63,483 nt of DNA, filler included, from Phoronis australis (GCA_002633005.1; 8 parts of 8 records of this genome joined end to end with filler, not necessarily neighbours in it), one strand, 5' to 3'. Positions 49,356 through 62,878 are shown, counted from the whole stretch's first letter. Program-made: numbers and translations. The notes: generated from the letters alone by a model not told the origin.

Positions 49356-52300
49356 GTGTACTTCGTGGATTATCATTTGTTGAGAGTCAATAAGAATGGT
49401 CCATGGAGGTTTTGCTGTATACAGTTTTTAAGACTGACAACGGGCAAGAATGGTCAGCGGTGGTTTTGCTGAAAACGAGACATGTCTGCGCTGTGAGTGG
49501 GGTACCTAGTGGACTTCAATGCGCAAGAGAATGAATTGAAAGTACAAGTGACGGTGTGCGGTGATAATTTCTTTCTCCGCCCTATACACAGCCTTCTCCA
49601 CACAATAGCAGACTTGAAGGAAGCAATGCAGGCTGATCACATGGGTGCTATAGGGCGATGGTTTGCCTTCGTGAAAAGACACTTTTACAATGTGTGTGAT
49701 TAGACGTGGTGTGAATTAAACAATCATTATAAAGTACCTCCTCGTCCGTGGGGTCCACATTGCCTTTGAAAGTCTCCCGTTTAAATGATCAATCTGTAAA
49801 TTGTGTTGATGCATTCGTTTTTACATTATAGTAACGTAGGTAGCAACAAGGAAATTAAATTCGTCATTCATCACTTAGTGAATTGGCTTTTACTGAGAGA
49901 CAAGATAAAATGACATCAACAATCCGGCATACCGTGCAGATAATTATCAGGCTGAATCTTATATGCAGCAGTGAACTCCCATACCATTTTTGCATTTAGT
50001 TCACTTAATGTGACATCCCAAATTTATACCAATATGGTGTTTAAACGACAGAAAATCTTTCACAACTGAATAATGACACCCATCACTGCGGCGTATCCAC
50101 GCAATTCACATAGCACTGACTGCCTCTCACTCCAGGAAATAGTGCAAATTAATTTTTTATAGCAAATTGCAGTGTCCACAGAATTTGTGAAGTTTTTCTG
50201 CTACAAAACGTGAGACAACATGCCACTGCAAACACTAGCTCCTTAAAATTGCATTTCGCCGTACTAGTTGGTTAAAAACGAATACAGAGTCAGGAGTATT
50301 TCTTTACCGTGATATGATAATATTTCCATTATCAAAAAGAACATTGAAAAAAGCTTCAAAGTTAATTGGGTTTTGCCAACCTTAAACCCTTCACACGCAT
50401 GGTCATAAATGCTTGAATTCGTTTACCAACAATTTTGGTATGATATTTTAAGCATTTCCTTTTTAATTTGTGTGATTTTAATAAATAATAAACGCAGAAA
50501 TTAAAAAAATGTATGTGACGTCATCAGTGGACCCGGTCTCTGTCAGTGTGTTGTTATCCACCAGCCGCGAGCCGTAGTGGTCTGAATTCGACTGAATATT
50601 ATGAAAAGTTGCATGTGCGGAGTATGCATTAATAACGATCGGACAGACAATGTTTCAGTTTTTTCGTTTCCAAATCCTCGGTGCGTCAGACACGGGTACG
50701 GCAGTACACGGTGGAGATTTGGTGAAGATGTCTCCAACGCGTACATGTAAGAGCATTTGAAGGAGAAAAAATGTATCGTAGAGTGCCATCTCAGGGAACG
50801 TAGTTGGCTGAGAGAGAGGGGGGACGGGGGAGGGAGGGAGAGCGCGCGCGCGAGAGAGAGAGACATTTTTGTTCTGGGTTCCAACTTTTCCCGCAACAGA
50901 TCGCCTGAGCACATTTAAAAACGTGCCCGTAAGATAATGTACATTTAGGACCCTAGAAAAATGTACAAATTTGGCTAACTTCTTAGCATCGTATTTCAAA
51001 AGTCTTATGAAGCATTTAGACAGCATGCACCTTTTTGAAAACTTGCTAGTTCTTTTTAAATAATGCACATCTGCAGGATGGGCAATAAAATATGACTATT
51101 ATAATCTTTATGTTTTAAGTTGCACGGAACGAAAACGAGTTATCATGTCGAACATTTGTGTCAAATGAAATGTCATGTTTGCATTATGCTAAATTATACG
51201 GGAAAGACATGATCACGTGGTCTAAAAGCTAAAAAATCAAATTTTATTGACTCTATTCTTTCACCCGAGTCAAATTTCATAGTATCGTAGATATTTGGCT
51301 GAACACACAGACGTAACCCAGTCGTACATATTTTGAAAGGTCCGATAAAACATTTTCCTTTACAAATTGATTCACACTTCTAATTGAAAGAAGACACTTT
51401 TTAGAGAAGAACACAACTACATCTCCATGGAACCCTCTCTGGCAAGACATAATGGAGTCATCTGTAATTCTCTTTTTTCGTCTGATCAAACGGCATTGAA
51501 ACGCTGTTCAAAGTCTTCCAATACTAGAACTGTTAGTATCGTGAGTACTTTTAGCAATGTTACTACCATCCGACCACACGACAACCGACCACGATTAGCA
51601 AACGACGTACTTGCCGGAAATAATACCAGATGATTTGGCCAGGTGTCGCTAGTAAATGACAGCCCCTGTTGCATTTGTGAATTACTGGTAGAGAGTGAGA
51701 AATAGCCTACATGTACTATTTTAAGTAACCCTTAAACAAGCCAGAATTGCAAAAAAAAAACAAGTTATTAAGTACTGTTGTACATCATTTATGGAATTTT
51801 AAGGAACTTTCAGAATTGATGTTGGCTTATGTCGCGCGTCGGCAGGGATGTAGTGGTTTTGAAGTGAACAGTGCCAATTTCGTGTTTTGTTTGTAATGTG
51901 AATTGACTTAAAACATTCTTTACATACAGTTTTCGACAGAGAGAAGAAAAGGTCCATTGATGTGTGTTCCGCTAAGTAAAACTTGACCCAGCGAGAACTG
52001 TTCTGTGCCCACTAACATAAACAAACAATTGTTAGAAGGTAGGATCTTAGTGGCCTGAGAATTACTTATCAGTGATTTTGTGTTGGCAGATACAAAGTAG
52101 CCTATCACATTCAGCGATAGGGACTAGTTTAGATTGGACCAATTAGAAAGCACAGTAAAGTTTATGTCAGCACTTAGGAAAGACTCTGCTTATGAACAGA
52201 ATTTAAGAGTCGTATCAGTTGTGCTTTGCAAATGACACACGTTGGTTTCAGTTGGCATTCACTGTCGTGTCTACGAAGAAAACGTTTAACGTACTGATGT

Positions 52301-53408
52301 TCATTAAGACAAGAAACGTCAATGATCGAACCCAAACAAGCGAGCAAAATTAATACTCCCTCAGTATGTCAGCTTTGGTGCATGTTCACTTGAAATATTT
52401 TAATAAAACTTCAGTTACTCTAGGTTTAAGTTTATTTAATTAATTATATAAACAGGAATTTTACACTTGTAATTTATTGATCGATTAGAGGTCGCCATGT
52501 ATTTTATGGCTATCTCAAACCTTATTCATAAAAACTGGCCATTTTTACAATATATTTCACATATTTATGTCTAGCAAAATACCATATCTTCATTCTCGGG
52601 GAACTTTAAATACAAAATATTTACCGTGTACTGAGAAAAAAAAAGATTTAGCAGAACCACGTTGGAACTGCATAACCGCGAGGATATTTGTTTACTACTT
52701 ATCCGAGGTCAAAGGTAACAGGGCTGCCACTCAAATCGAATCTCCCGCCAAGTACAAAGCAGCTTCGTATGTACCCTCAGCCCTTTCATTCATAGAGTAG
52801 CCATAAAACTGAGTCAACGACATGTACTTAAGATAAAACTGTGTCGGGAAAAACAAAGACAAAACGTAGGGAGTTGTGCGTCTACATCCATACAAGAACG
52901 AATGCAAAGGGTCGCCTCTGTGGTCATTAACACAGCAAGTTGTGAAAAGAGATAAATCCTCACCCAAATTCCTCAATTCAACAACTAAATTGATATTTCG
53001 CTGCTATAACGACATGCTTTAACCACCGATTCGATTTTTGTTATCCAATTCTTAGCTTTCTTACTTGGTTTCGGCACGTGACGTGAAAAGATCATATGTA
53101 TAACAAGTAGGTCAAAGAACAATAACAGTTGATCCCACTTCGTGGCTGGCGAATGTACGTTTTAATGATAATTAAGTTAATTNAAAACGTTTAACGTACT
53201 GATGTTCATTAAGACAAGAAACGTCAATGATCGAACTCAAACAAGCGAGCAAAATTAATACCTCAGTATGTCAGCTTTGGTGCATGTTCACTTGAATATT
53301 TTAATAAAACTTCAGTTACTCTAGGTTCAAGTTTATTTAATTAATTATATAAACAGGAATTTTACACTTGCAATTTATTGATCGATTAGAGGTCGCCATG
53401 TATTTTAT

Positions 53409-54825
53409 GGCTATCTCAAACCTTATTCATAAAAACTGGCCATTTTTACAATATATTTCACATATTTATGTCTAGCAAAATACCATATCTTCATTCTCGG
53501 GGAACTTTAAAAACAAAATATTTACCGTGTACTGAGAAAAAAAAAAGATTTAGCAGAACCACGTTGGAACTGCATAACCGCGAGGATATTTGTTTACTAC
53601 TTATCCGAGGTCAAAGGTAACAGGGCTGCCACTCAAATCGAATCTCCCGCCAAGTACAAAGCAGCTTCGTATGTACCCTCAGCCCTTTCATTCATAGAGT
53701 AGCCATAAAACTGAGTCAACGACATGTACTTAAGATAAAACTGTGTCGGGAAAAACAAAGACAAAACGTAGGGAGTTGTGCGTCTACATCCATACAAGAA
53801 CGAATGCAAAGGGTCGCCTCTGTGGTCATTAACACAGCAAGTTGTGAAAAGAGATAAATCCTCACCCAAATTCCTCAATTCAACAACTAAATTGATATTT
53901 CGCTGCTATAACGACATGCTTTAACCACCGATTCGATTTTTGTTATCCAATTCTTAGCTTTCTTACTTGGTTTCGGCACGTGACGTGAAAAGATCATATG
54001 TATAACAAGTAGGTCAAAGAACAATAACAGTTGATCCCACTTCGTGGCTGGCGAATGTACGTTTTAATGATAATTAAGTTAATTTAGGCAATGCAAATGC
54101 AGTTGAAATTGCGAGCGAGTTTTAATGATAATTAAGTTAATTTAGGCACTGCAAATTCAGTTGAAATTGCGAGCGAATGTTGAAATACCTATTATGGTTA
54201 ACGCATGTATAGGTTATATTTACCGAAAATAAGTTTTCACCGAATAATTAACCGAAGACAGATTTTCACTCGTCCCAGTTTAATCGGCTTTTTCACGGCT
54301 TCCGCAAATCGACTTTATTTGAACTTGAGAACACGAGTTCTCAAAAAAGACTCGGTGGATTATGCTGAAACTTTCCAAACGCAATATTAATTCACTCAAT
54401 CACAAAAACGCGGTTAGGATTTTTGATATAAAGCTCTAGTTTTGTGTAATGTAAAAAGACGAATGCAACTACTTCTATTTTTTACAAAAATACCTTTCGT
54501 TTTGAGAGTTGATTTGTCATAAAAACCAAACGAAAAGACTAATCAAAAACTCCTAATAACGCTTTTGAGGTAACTGGTGAAGTTTTCATTTAAGCTAGTT
54601 TCATTAAAATCGACCAAGGGGTTGTTATTTTGCTTTGAATGTACCTTTCTTAGAAATGAAATTTAACTTAACGTAACAATAATAATGGTACATAAATACA
54701 AAACATGTTTTTATTTTTCCTGACCCTTTTTCTTTCAGAAAATATATAATTTTAGTAGTTGAAAAAGCATAGTTTTTTTAAATACGAGTTAGAATGGAGG
54801 CCACTACATAACGTTTGAGATAACC
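53409..54825 (+). mobile_element. Non-autonomous Kolobok-type DNA transposon, ~1.4 kb
   Basis: TIRs GGCTATCTCAAAC / GTTTGAGATAACC; right flank TTAA, left flank TTAT; internal 58-bp tandem at 54061-54176. Confidence 0.65.
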
Positions 54826-56787
54826 TTAAAGTTATTAAACAGCGTGGTTGATCTTTTCATGTAATCCCTGATTTTGATGTCCGTATTGGGATCACGATGC
54901 TTGTAAAATCCGTGTTTGTGAAAGAAGGTTTCCAAATTTTAGAACACAAACCCCAACTCAATATGTCCTCATCCTATGACATTCAGCTATTCACATAGTC
55001 TCCGTAATATTCGAGAGATTTCTGAAATTTGTTCGCACATCGAAGATCAATCCATAAACACATCTTTCAATGTACACAGCCCCACAAACTGGCTTGTAGA
55101 AGCACATGACGGACTCCAGATTTATCTCCCCTGTCACGTGATGGATGCTGAGAAAGTATTTGCATCAATTTTATTTGGGGGATCCTTATGTGTCACTTCC
55201 TAATCCCATTATGTGCTTTTGTCTCATTAAGTGCAATCTACTTGTTTTTTGATATTGGAAAATTGCTGTTTTCGGCATGCAAAAACTGTCATTTTCGTTA
55301 ACTTTGAAGGCCTGTAGGTAAAAAGTTAAGAAGTCAATGTGTGTAAAATTGGTGATTTTTTATCAAAGTCACACCAAGATCACACATATGTATACAACGT
55401 TTAAACTGAATTTGAAAAATGACACCTGGGGGGATTTTTATTTCCTTACGCAAGGCTAATTTAGTCAAGCTCAAATAACAACACCCGAACTGTTATAAAT
55501 CTAGCTAGCAGTGACGAGTATTTCCGTTGCAGCAATTAATGAACTCCATAGGGCTTAGGAAAGCTCAAGGAAGTACAGCCAATCCATTATGGTCCCCGTT
55601 TTGCCATACATGTACTAGACTGAGGGGCTTCGCTTCGATTTTACCAACCGATTGCCTACTGCAGTATCCGCAGCTTAAGTTTTGAGTGAAAATATAATGA
55701 AAACTTGAGAGCTCAATACGTTCAGACGTGCCTGTCAATAAACTTTGTCCGTGTTACTGGTATCGATATTTTTTTGATTTGTTACTTTTGGAGTTAAGTT
55801 AGACTCAACCCTATTACAGTAGCAATTTACTTGGTCACATTAAAAAAATCCCCGCGTTTTCTTAACTCTGACCAATGTCACTGCGATAACCAGAGCAACC
55901 AAAAGTTCAAATCAGGTTATAGGTTTTGGCCGTCACTTGAAAATTTTACAGTAATAACATAAGTAAATGAAGTAAGATATAGAAAATGTACTCCGCCACA
56001 ATCTGAAAATCGCTTCTTAAATGAGCGTAAAAGATTCTAGTGAAATTGTCTGAGTTTACATGATTCTTCATTTTCCAAGCGATGATAGCCGATCTTTTTT
56101 GTCTTTTATGTTGTGTAGTTTTCCCATTTAATTGGAACCCACACTTGGTTTGATTCGAACCAGCGCTTTGAGCGAGTGCTCTTATTCTGAGAAATCGCGG
56201 ATGGAACTGAAGGCATTCTTTCGTAAACATGTAACCTTTTGAATTCAAGCATACATGTAACTGTGAACGCCTTTACAAGATATTACAATATTATTCCATT
56301 TTGGTGAAAATATGTTTTGTCACATCACAGCAATTGGCATGAACAATGGCATTTCTTTAATCAACATTACATTTTCATTCTCGCGAACGCAAAAGTTAGA
56401 ATTCATTCTAAAGTTCAACATGATTTTGGGTAAAAACGCAGGATTAAGTTTACAGTCTGTTCATCAGCAGATTTTTCTTAAAAGTCACAAAACACTTTCT
56501 AAAATCCGGTTCATGTAAATTTCTTAATTTGGATAGGCGCTCTATAGTCAAACATTAAAATTATGACGATTTGCAAAGCAGTCGGGTGGTTAATGTCAAC
56601 ACGTAAAATGGATTTGGTCTTTTGGGGAACTTACGACTGGTTTAAACATAACAATTTATGCTACAAACTGGTTGCACAAAATAGTAAGAGAGTAATAAAG
56701 ATTACGGAAAGAAGCATGTTCTCGCGCAAACGCTGTGGACCATAAACAAGTAACATTCATGACTGGTAGTTTGATATTTTAGTTAGA

Positions 56788-56850
56788 ACCGTGGTGGCGG
56801 AGTTGAAGAGCTCTGACCAATAGGTCGTGAGTTCGAGTCCGTGCGACTTG
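56788..56850 (+). mobile_element. Degenerate tRNA-derived SINE head or tRNA pseudogene
   Basis: A-box-like GTGGCGGAGTTG and B-box GTTCGAGTCC, but no complete cloverleaf or acceptor stem. Confidence 0.5.
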
Positions 56851-57037
56851 CAAATTTCTCTTTTTACACATATTCTCCAATTTTTTTCGTCAATAATACT
56901 TCAGAAATCAAGGAAAATGCTTGTTTTTAGAGGCAAAAAAAATTCTCCTGGGAAGGAGGAGGGGCGGGGGATACTTTCGATGTTCTTGATGGTTACCGTG
57001 AAGGAAAATGCACATTTAACGAATTCAAATGCACAAG

Positions 57038-57183
57038 CATGGGCGGCGCAGCACTGAAAAAAGTGGGGGCTATAGCCCCCCCCCCAGTCCCCCTTTGATG
57101 CACCTCCCATAGACCATGGGCGCCGGAGCACTGAAAAAAGTGGGGGCTATAGTCCCTCAGCCCCCTATGGTGTGCCGCCAATG
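57038..57183 (-). mobile_element. Short bipartite MITE 14 nt from the Kv exon-1 donor
   Basis: CATGGGCGGCGCA...TGTGCCGCCAATG TIRs; perfect 5-bp flanking duplication ACAAG/ACAAG. Confidence 0.8.
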
Positions 57184-57197
57184 ACAAGTACACTTAC

Positions 57198-57707
57198 CAT
57201 GGCACCACGAGAAGACGATGGGTCTTCGAATAAAAGCCAGGCTTTTCTTTGAACTTCTTTCCATTTCGATGGTTGCTCCGACTCATCCACAGTTTCTGAT
57301 GGTCTTCTTAAAGCCCTTTCCATTTTAGTAAGTATAGATTTTCTCTCTTTAAAGGAATGATACGCGTCCCAACAGCACATTTCAATTTTACTTTCATTGA
57401 TTCCCCAGAATTTCAACTCACTTTGAAAAATTTGTCCGCATACACCTATTGGTGCATGGAGCTCGCCCAGGCGATAATAATTTAACACTGCTTTAAATAC
57501 ATCTGCATCACGATCGAGGAAATATTCTCCAACGTCTGGCCGATAAAACTCTTTGATGGCATCGTGCTGTGCCAATTTCGTGTCGGGGTGTCTCTGAAGT
57601 GTGTACAAGGTCGTTTCAAATTTGGTTCCTCCAACGTTAAACACCAAGATTGCGTCTTTATCAACAATTCTGCTAGGTTGCAGAACACCGTCTTCGCACC
57701 TTGACAT
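57198..57707 (-). CDS. Shaw/Kv3-family K+ channel, coding exon 1 (T1/BTB domain)
   Basis: FNVGGTKFET...YFLDRDADVFKAVLNYYRLGELHAPIGVC...ELKFWGI...EMCCW...WLLFEDPSSS|GTAAGT. The HX5CX20CC zinc site excludes Shaker, and CCW is Shaw-like. In-frame upstream ATGs exist, so the start is uncertain. Confidence 0.95.
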
Positions 57708-58108
57708 GATGGATGCTAATGCGCACCTTTTAGGTGTCGTACATGTACATGTATGTAATCCCGGGAGACGGCGCTCAGCGCGCTGGTTATTGATTAAGTT
57801 AAACATTTCCCAGTAGCGGATCTGGGATATCATGAAGGTGATAACTTCTCCGCTGACCCCAAAAAACACATACACTGTGCACGCCCACGATAAGCTGCAA
57901 CATAATAATGAAATTTATTCTGCCCCTCTAAGTCTGTCACTGTTTCAAGTTCCACGATGTCGGATACGTCGGAGGACTCGTGGTATGGCTAAACGAGATT
58001 TAAAAAAGTGAGACAAATTGAAGAAGTGTTTTTCTGGTCAAATCATAACAAATCTGCCCACTGTGATAGATTTACTTTGCACAGTTGCGAATCTCTCAAG
58101 TCTCAGAA

Positions 58109-58552
58109 CCGAGTTTCCTGTTAGAGGTTTTCCGTAGATAACCCCACCGATGAAACGCCCATGGGCGTTTATTCGGAGAATTATGCCGAATAAATGCCCA
58201 TGGGCGTTTAGTTGGTGTCAAGTGCCTAGATAGCGAGGCTTTTATTCGGAAAATTTCCTCTTAAAAGCCCACTAAGCGTCAATGTTTAGTCACAAGTTCA
58301 GTTTTGTAGAGCATTTATCAGTTATAAAAGTAAACAAATTGCTGGCGAGCTAAACATTTATTAACATAAAATTTAAAAACTCATTTTTAAGTAGAAAATG
58401 TCAAAGTCTCAAAGTCGGGAAACCTACGAACTTTCGTTTACAGGCCCTCTTTTCCTAATAAACGCCGTAGCGTTTATTTGGTGTTTCTAAAACGTCTGAC
58501 ATTTTTCATTTTCCGAATGCACGCCCATGGGCTTATCTACGGAAAATCCCGG
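58109..58552. mobile_element. pogo-like MITE upstream of the Kv coding region
   Basis: TTTTCCGTAGATAA / TTATCTACGGAAAATCCCGG|TA termini; repeated palindrome CGCCCATGGGCG. Confidence 0.65.
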
Positions 58553-59304
58553 TATATAAGCATTTTGTGAAAATGACTATTTAAATGATCTGATTCAATT
58601 TACGTAGGAACGTTTTAACAGTAAATGTTTATGAAGGCTAGGGAGTTTATTTTTTGTTATTTCTCTTAAATTTTACCTCCATAGATTGGTCATGTAACAT
58701 GGAACGAAGTAACGTTCTACAATTGATTAGAAAACAATCAAATATTCCGACTGCTATCGAGAAACGCCTCAGTATACTTCGCCATCTATTGAGAAATGGC
58801 TTGGTGACCAACAATTCGATCACTACACTACACTGTTTTTGGCTTATTCCCGTGCCACATGTATACGACTAACGTTAAACCAAGACATGTACGCTTATGC
58901 CCTACACATTTTCTAATAATATTCACCTATTTCACGAAAGCGCCATCTTCCCGTGCCATCTTTAAATACTGATCGAAAACGAGGCACACTGATAAAACCT
59001 CGTGAGTGATCATCAGCTGGCCATGGTGTACTGTGCAGTGCCTGAACGTACCAATTCCAGTAATATCTCGTCGGTATCCTTCCCAGGGATATACTTAGCC
59101 ACTCGCCCAGTCGCCAATGCGAGTAAAAATGGTGCTGGGCGAGTAGAAGTTGACTCTTGCCGGTCGCCCGGTGGCGAGCGAATTTCAGAGCGCAAAAGCA
59201 CTATATATCGTTTCCCAGATGAATATGAATAATTTTCCTCCTCCTTGTGCTGTTTCTATCATGAATTTAAGGTCCAGTTTGGTCATCGTGTCGATGCTCC
59301 GGCA

Positions 59305-59404
59305 NNNNNNNNNNNNNNNNNNNNNNNNNNNNNNNNNNNNNNNNNNNNTTAATTAATTAANNNNNNNNNNNNNNNNNNNNNNNNNNNNNNNNNNNNNNNN
59401 NNNN
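59305..59404. other. Artificial contig-joining spacer
   Basis: N44-TTAATTAATTAA-N44. Confidence 0.99.
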
Positions 59405-60807
59405 ACTCTATCCTTTAATTTCACTTTTAGCCTTATAGCTAACTTCACCAATCGAAATATATCACAAAAATAGGAACAATTCGTAAACTACAGACCCCCA
59501 CGTATATTTACGCTTCTTCGTGCATAGACTTCGTAGAATTAAATGTTCCATAGCATTCCACTGTGGCGGCCATTTTATTGGTGCACCACCAGGAAATTCA
59601 AAACTCAACTTAAAGTCTCTCCACTAAATTTTGTCTATTTAAAAAATGAAGTTATGAAAGAGAATTATTGGTGAGTAAATTTCGAATACATTGATTTGCG
59701 TCAAAATTCTTTTAGTCAATACTTTAACCAAACCGATACGGAAAGAGTATCTTTAAGTTTCGTACAATCAAACTTTGTATCATAAAAGTGCATGTATTAC
59801 CATACTGTATAACTGTGTGTGCACAGCCTACTGTAGGTGGCTGCCGTAGTTAGTATCAAAATCAATAAGCTCAGATAGATACAATTTTTTAAATGGTCCG
59901 AACTAGTGAGGTACACAATCTTCCGTATTGAGAATGACCCGGCAGAAAGGTCTCCAACATATTTGTAAAAAATAAGCGTGGTATCGTTTATCCCAAAGAC
60001 GACTGTTTGGTTTCCGCACAACGACGCCGAAGATATTGTTACTCCACAGAGCTTTTTTGCAGTGCTGGAGTACCTAAAGCTTTATCTTCTTCGCTACACA
60101 TGTCGAAAATAATGACAAATTCATGGACCAATACCTCGATAGTTGGCACGACCAATTTAATATACAGTTAGTCATTTATCACTGGTCCATCATCTTCTAC
60201 GGATCTAACGGATAAGGTGTCTTCAAGGGTATAGAGAGTTGGCTTGTGTATTCCGTTCTCTAGACATGTAAACGTGTTCTCTAATCACGATCAAGAGCGG
60301 TGATTTTGCGACTACTCGTGTAGACAAGAGGGGAACAGCAAGAGCGGCCGATTATGGGCTTGTTCATAATCAGGGTGTCATTTTCTTTGGCTGTCGATTG
60401 ATTCAGTCAGTTAAAACGTACAGGGCCTGTTTGTCATCTCTGTTACCAACCGTTGGGTCGATTCATGCTGCTAGTATTCCACTATGCTGTCTCCGTGCCC
60501 GTAGCCAGCATTGAGCATGGGGTACTAGTTCGAATTTCTAGAACTGTGGACCTTTCATATTTTGCAAACGTCGACACTATAGTATTCAGTAAGGCCGTTG
60601 ACGCAGCTTAATGAGGGGAAAGAAAATCTGTATACACAACGATGACTCAACTCATGTTCCTGAGATGTGACGGAATTTGTAATACCAGAAGTGAGGATGC
60701 TGTGATGGTTGCTCATAAATAACAGGATGTGGTGGTCCAGAAAGAGAACGTTCTCGCGTTAACTCCAGTCAAAATTTCAAATCAGGCATCAGCTTAAGTG
60801 AGTGACT

Positions 60808-60959
60808 CAGTGGCGGATTTAGACGGGGGCCAAGGGAACCATGCGCCCCCCTCCTAAAATCCTCTCAGGTTCCATTTGGCAGTTCGGGTGTGCGAATTTC
60901 TGACGAAATCCTGGCTAATTCTCTGCCCTAGCCCCTCCTATCTCCTGGATCCGGCCCTG
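60808..60959. mobile_element. hAT-like MITE, homolog of 46180-46336
   Basis: CAGTGGCGGATTTAG...CTGGATCCGGCCCTG; flanks TGACT/TGATT. Confidence 0.75.
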
Positions 60960-61082
60960 TGATTACACCTCATTACATACTCGGACGGAAATATGAAGTT
61001 AAGTCGAAGAATGACTTGATGACATTGTTTATCTGGTTGTATTTTTGCGTGTTACTTAACTTGCCTTACATCGCTGGAAATA

Positions 61083-61787
61083 GGAACAGGCCACTATTTC
61101 GCAGGTTCACTACTCCGAAGGTTCACTGCTCCGAATATCTAAAATTTCGGACTCAGGTGTATTTTTTACTTCACATGCAAAAATAAACGATACTTCGGTT
61201 ATTAGATGCGCTTTGTGGTGTACCTATACGAAAAACAACGCCCCGGTACAAAAACACTTTGTTTAGATTTCATGCGCATGCGAAATTGGCAGCATGTCTT
61301 ACGAATACGGAAAAATGAGTACGTACTTGCATTTTTAAAAGAATAGGAAGTAGGAACATTGATGAATTATTAACCACGACACATTCATAAATCCATGCCA
61401 AGATCACATCGTAGCACGTCTGAAAAGTTAAGGGCCTTAAGGCCCCTGCACCTCAATCGCATCCAAGCAACCACGTGCACGGTAGGGTCGAAACTAAACG
61501 TAGTCAGTAGTCCACCATGTCCCTGCCAGTCTTCACGAAGTCAGAGTGTCCCATTCAGTCATCTTAACCGGTTGGTTGAAGCAGCCCTGCCGACCTGTGC
61601 CCTACATGTTGTCCCTGTAGTCAATGAGCCGTGAGCACAGAATCGGAGTCAATAAATGTTGGAGTTCTAGTTCTGGAATTGTGGAAAATTGAAGTAATGA
61701 CAGAAAGTTGCGAACCTTCGGAATAGTGAACCTTCCGGAGTAGTGGACCTTCGGAGTAGTGAACCTTTGGCATAATGACGTGTAACC
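61083..61787. mobile_element. MITE with inverted subterminal 16-bp repeats
   Basis: AGGTTCACTACTCCGA x2 at 61103-61135 and its reverse complement x3 at ~61712-61766. Confidence 0.7.
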
Positions 61788-62785
61788 TTGGAAATCTTTT
61801 CCATCAAGGTTGTTGCTCGTATGAAGTTTGCAGGGCTGTGCACCACTGACAATGATTGACAAGAGAATACTTTCTTAATTGACCAAAGTTGAGATCTAGG
61901 TCTACTTTCCCGAATAAAGTGACCATGCACGTCGGATTTTTTTTCAGTGCAAGAAAACACGATTGTATTGTCTGGTTTTTGAGAACGACGGAGGACGGCC
62001 TAGAGTGAACTTACCGTCAGCGTGTACTGAATTTTAAAGACGGAAACGCACACACGCGTACATGCATGTCAATCCATCAATCCACAATCAATGTGGACAC
62101 TGGATGAACAACATATTTACATATTTGACGATCACCTTCAATTCGAAATATGAAAACGCCTGCACTTCTACCGTACTATGGTAGCAATTATACCGAAATA
62201 GCAGAATAACAAATTTTCATTACTAGCTTATTTGCCATTGTAGTTAGTAAGACCAGGTGCTGCAACAATCTTGGTGTTGTTGTTCATCTGGATATGCTAG
62301 GGCTGGACCTTTTCCGTGGGGCAATCGAGCCCCCCTCTCCCCCCAGGCTAGAAGCCTGGTCTCTATGTCTTTTGTTAGCCCAAAAGTCACATACATTCGG
62401 AAGTAGTCAACAGAACTTCTCCTTAACTGGACGCGATAACGTTGCTTTGCGTGGAAATGCAAATACACAGGAACAAAAAATGATGTTCTGAATACAAAAG
62501 ATGGCCTGTGGATACTTCAAACTGAAACAAAATAAGAATAAACCGGTACCCGTCCCCAGTAATATTAGCTTAAACGAGATGGACTGCACAATTCTATTTA
62601 CTTGGGAGGTCCGCGTATGCTCGCATTTAGCATCGTTGAAGCCCTCTCCAAAAAGCGTCAATAGTATACGACACAGAGGCCTGTGAAGGTCGAGGTCTCG
62701 TGATCACTCATGTCGCTTCACACACATGATATATTTCGTTCTTTTCTCTACTTCGCCGACCATAGTCGAAACTTGTTTTCTGCAG

Positions 62786-62878
62786 TGCATCCAATATACA
62801 CCCCGGCCAACCCGCGATCGAGAACGACCAGAAGGCCATCGAGAATGAAATTTGGCGCGAGAAGCGAAGCCGGGCAAG
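62786..62878 (+). CDS. Candidate isolated 93-nt exon, unidentified gene
   Basis: TTGTTTTCTGCAG|...AAG|GTAAGT are near-consensus sites, the length is divisible by 3, and the segment is GC-richer than its flanks. Two frames are open, e.g. ASNIHPGQPAIENDQKAIENEIWREKRSRA. Confidence 0.45.

Noticed and set aside
52279-54084. ~900-bp direct duplication (52279-53182 vs 53184-54084) with twin 81-aa ORFs
   Set aside because: The copies abut a single N and differ by scattered SNPs and indels, as expected for two alleles left unmerged by the scaffolder.
56788-56850. Functional tRNA gene
   Set aside because: A and B boxes are present but the anticodon arm and acceptor stem cannot be formed; treated as a SINE head or pseudogene.
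3768-59404. Recurrent TTAATTAATTAA motif between N runs, and any apparent gene cluster spanning it
   Set aside because: Identical synthetic 100-bp linkers; neighbouring contigs are not biologically linked.
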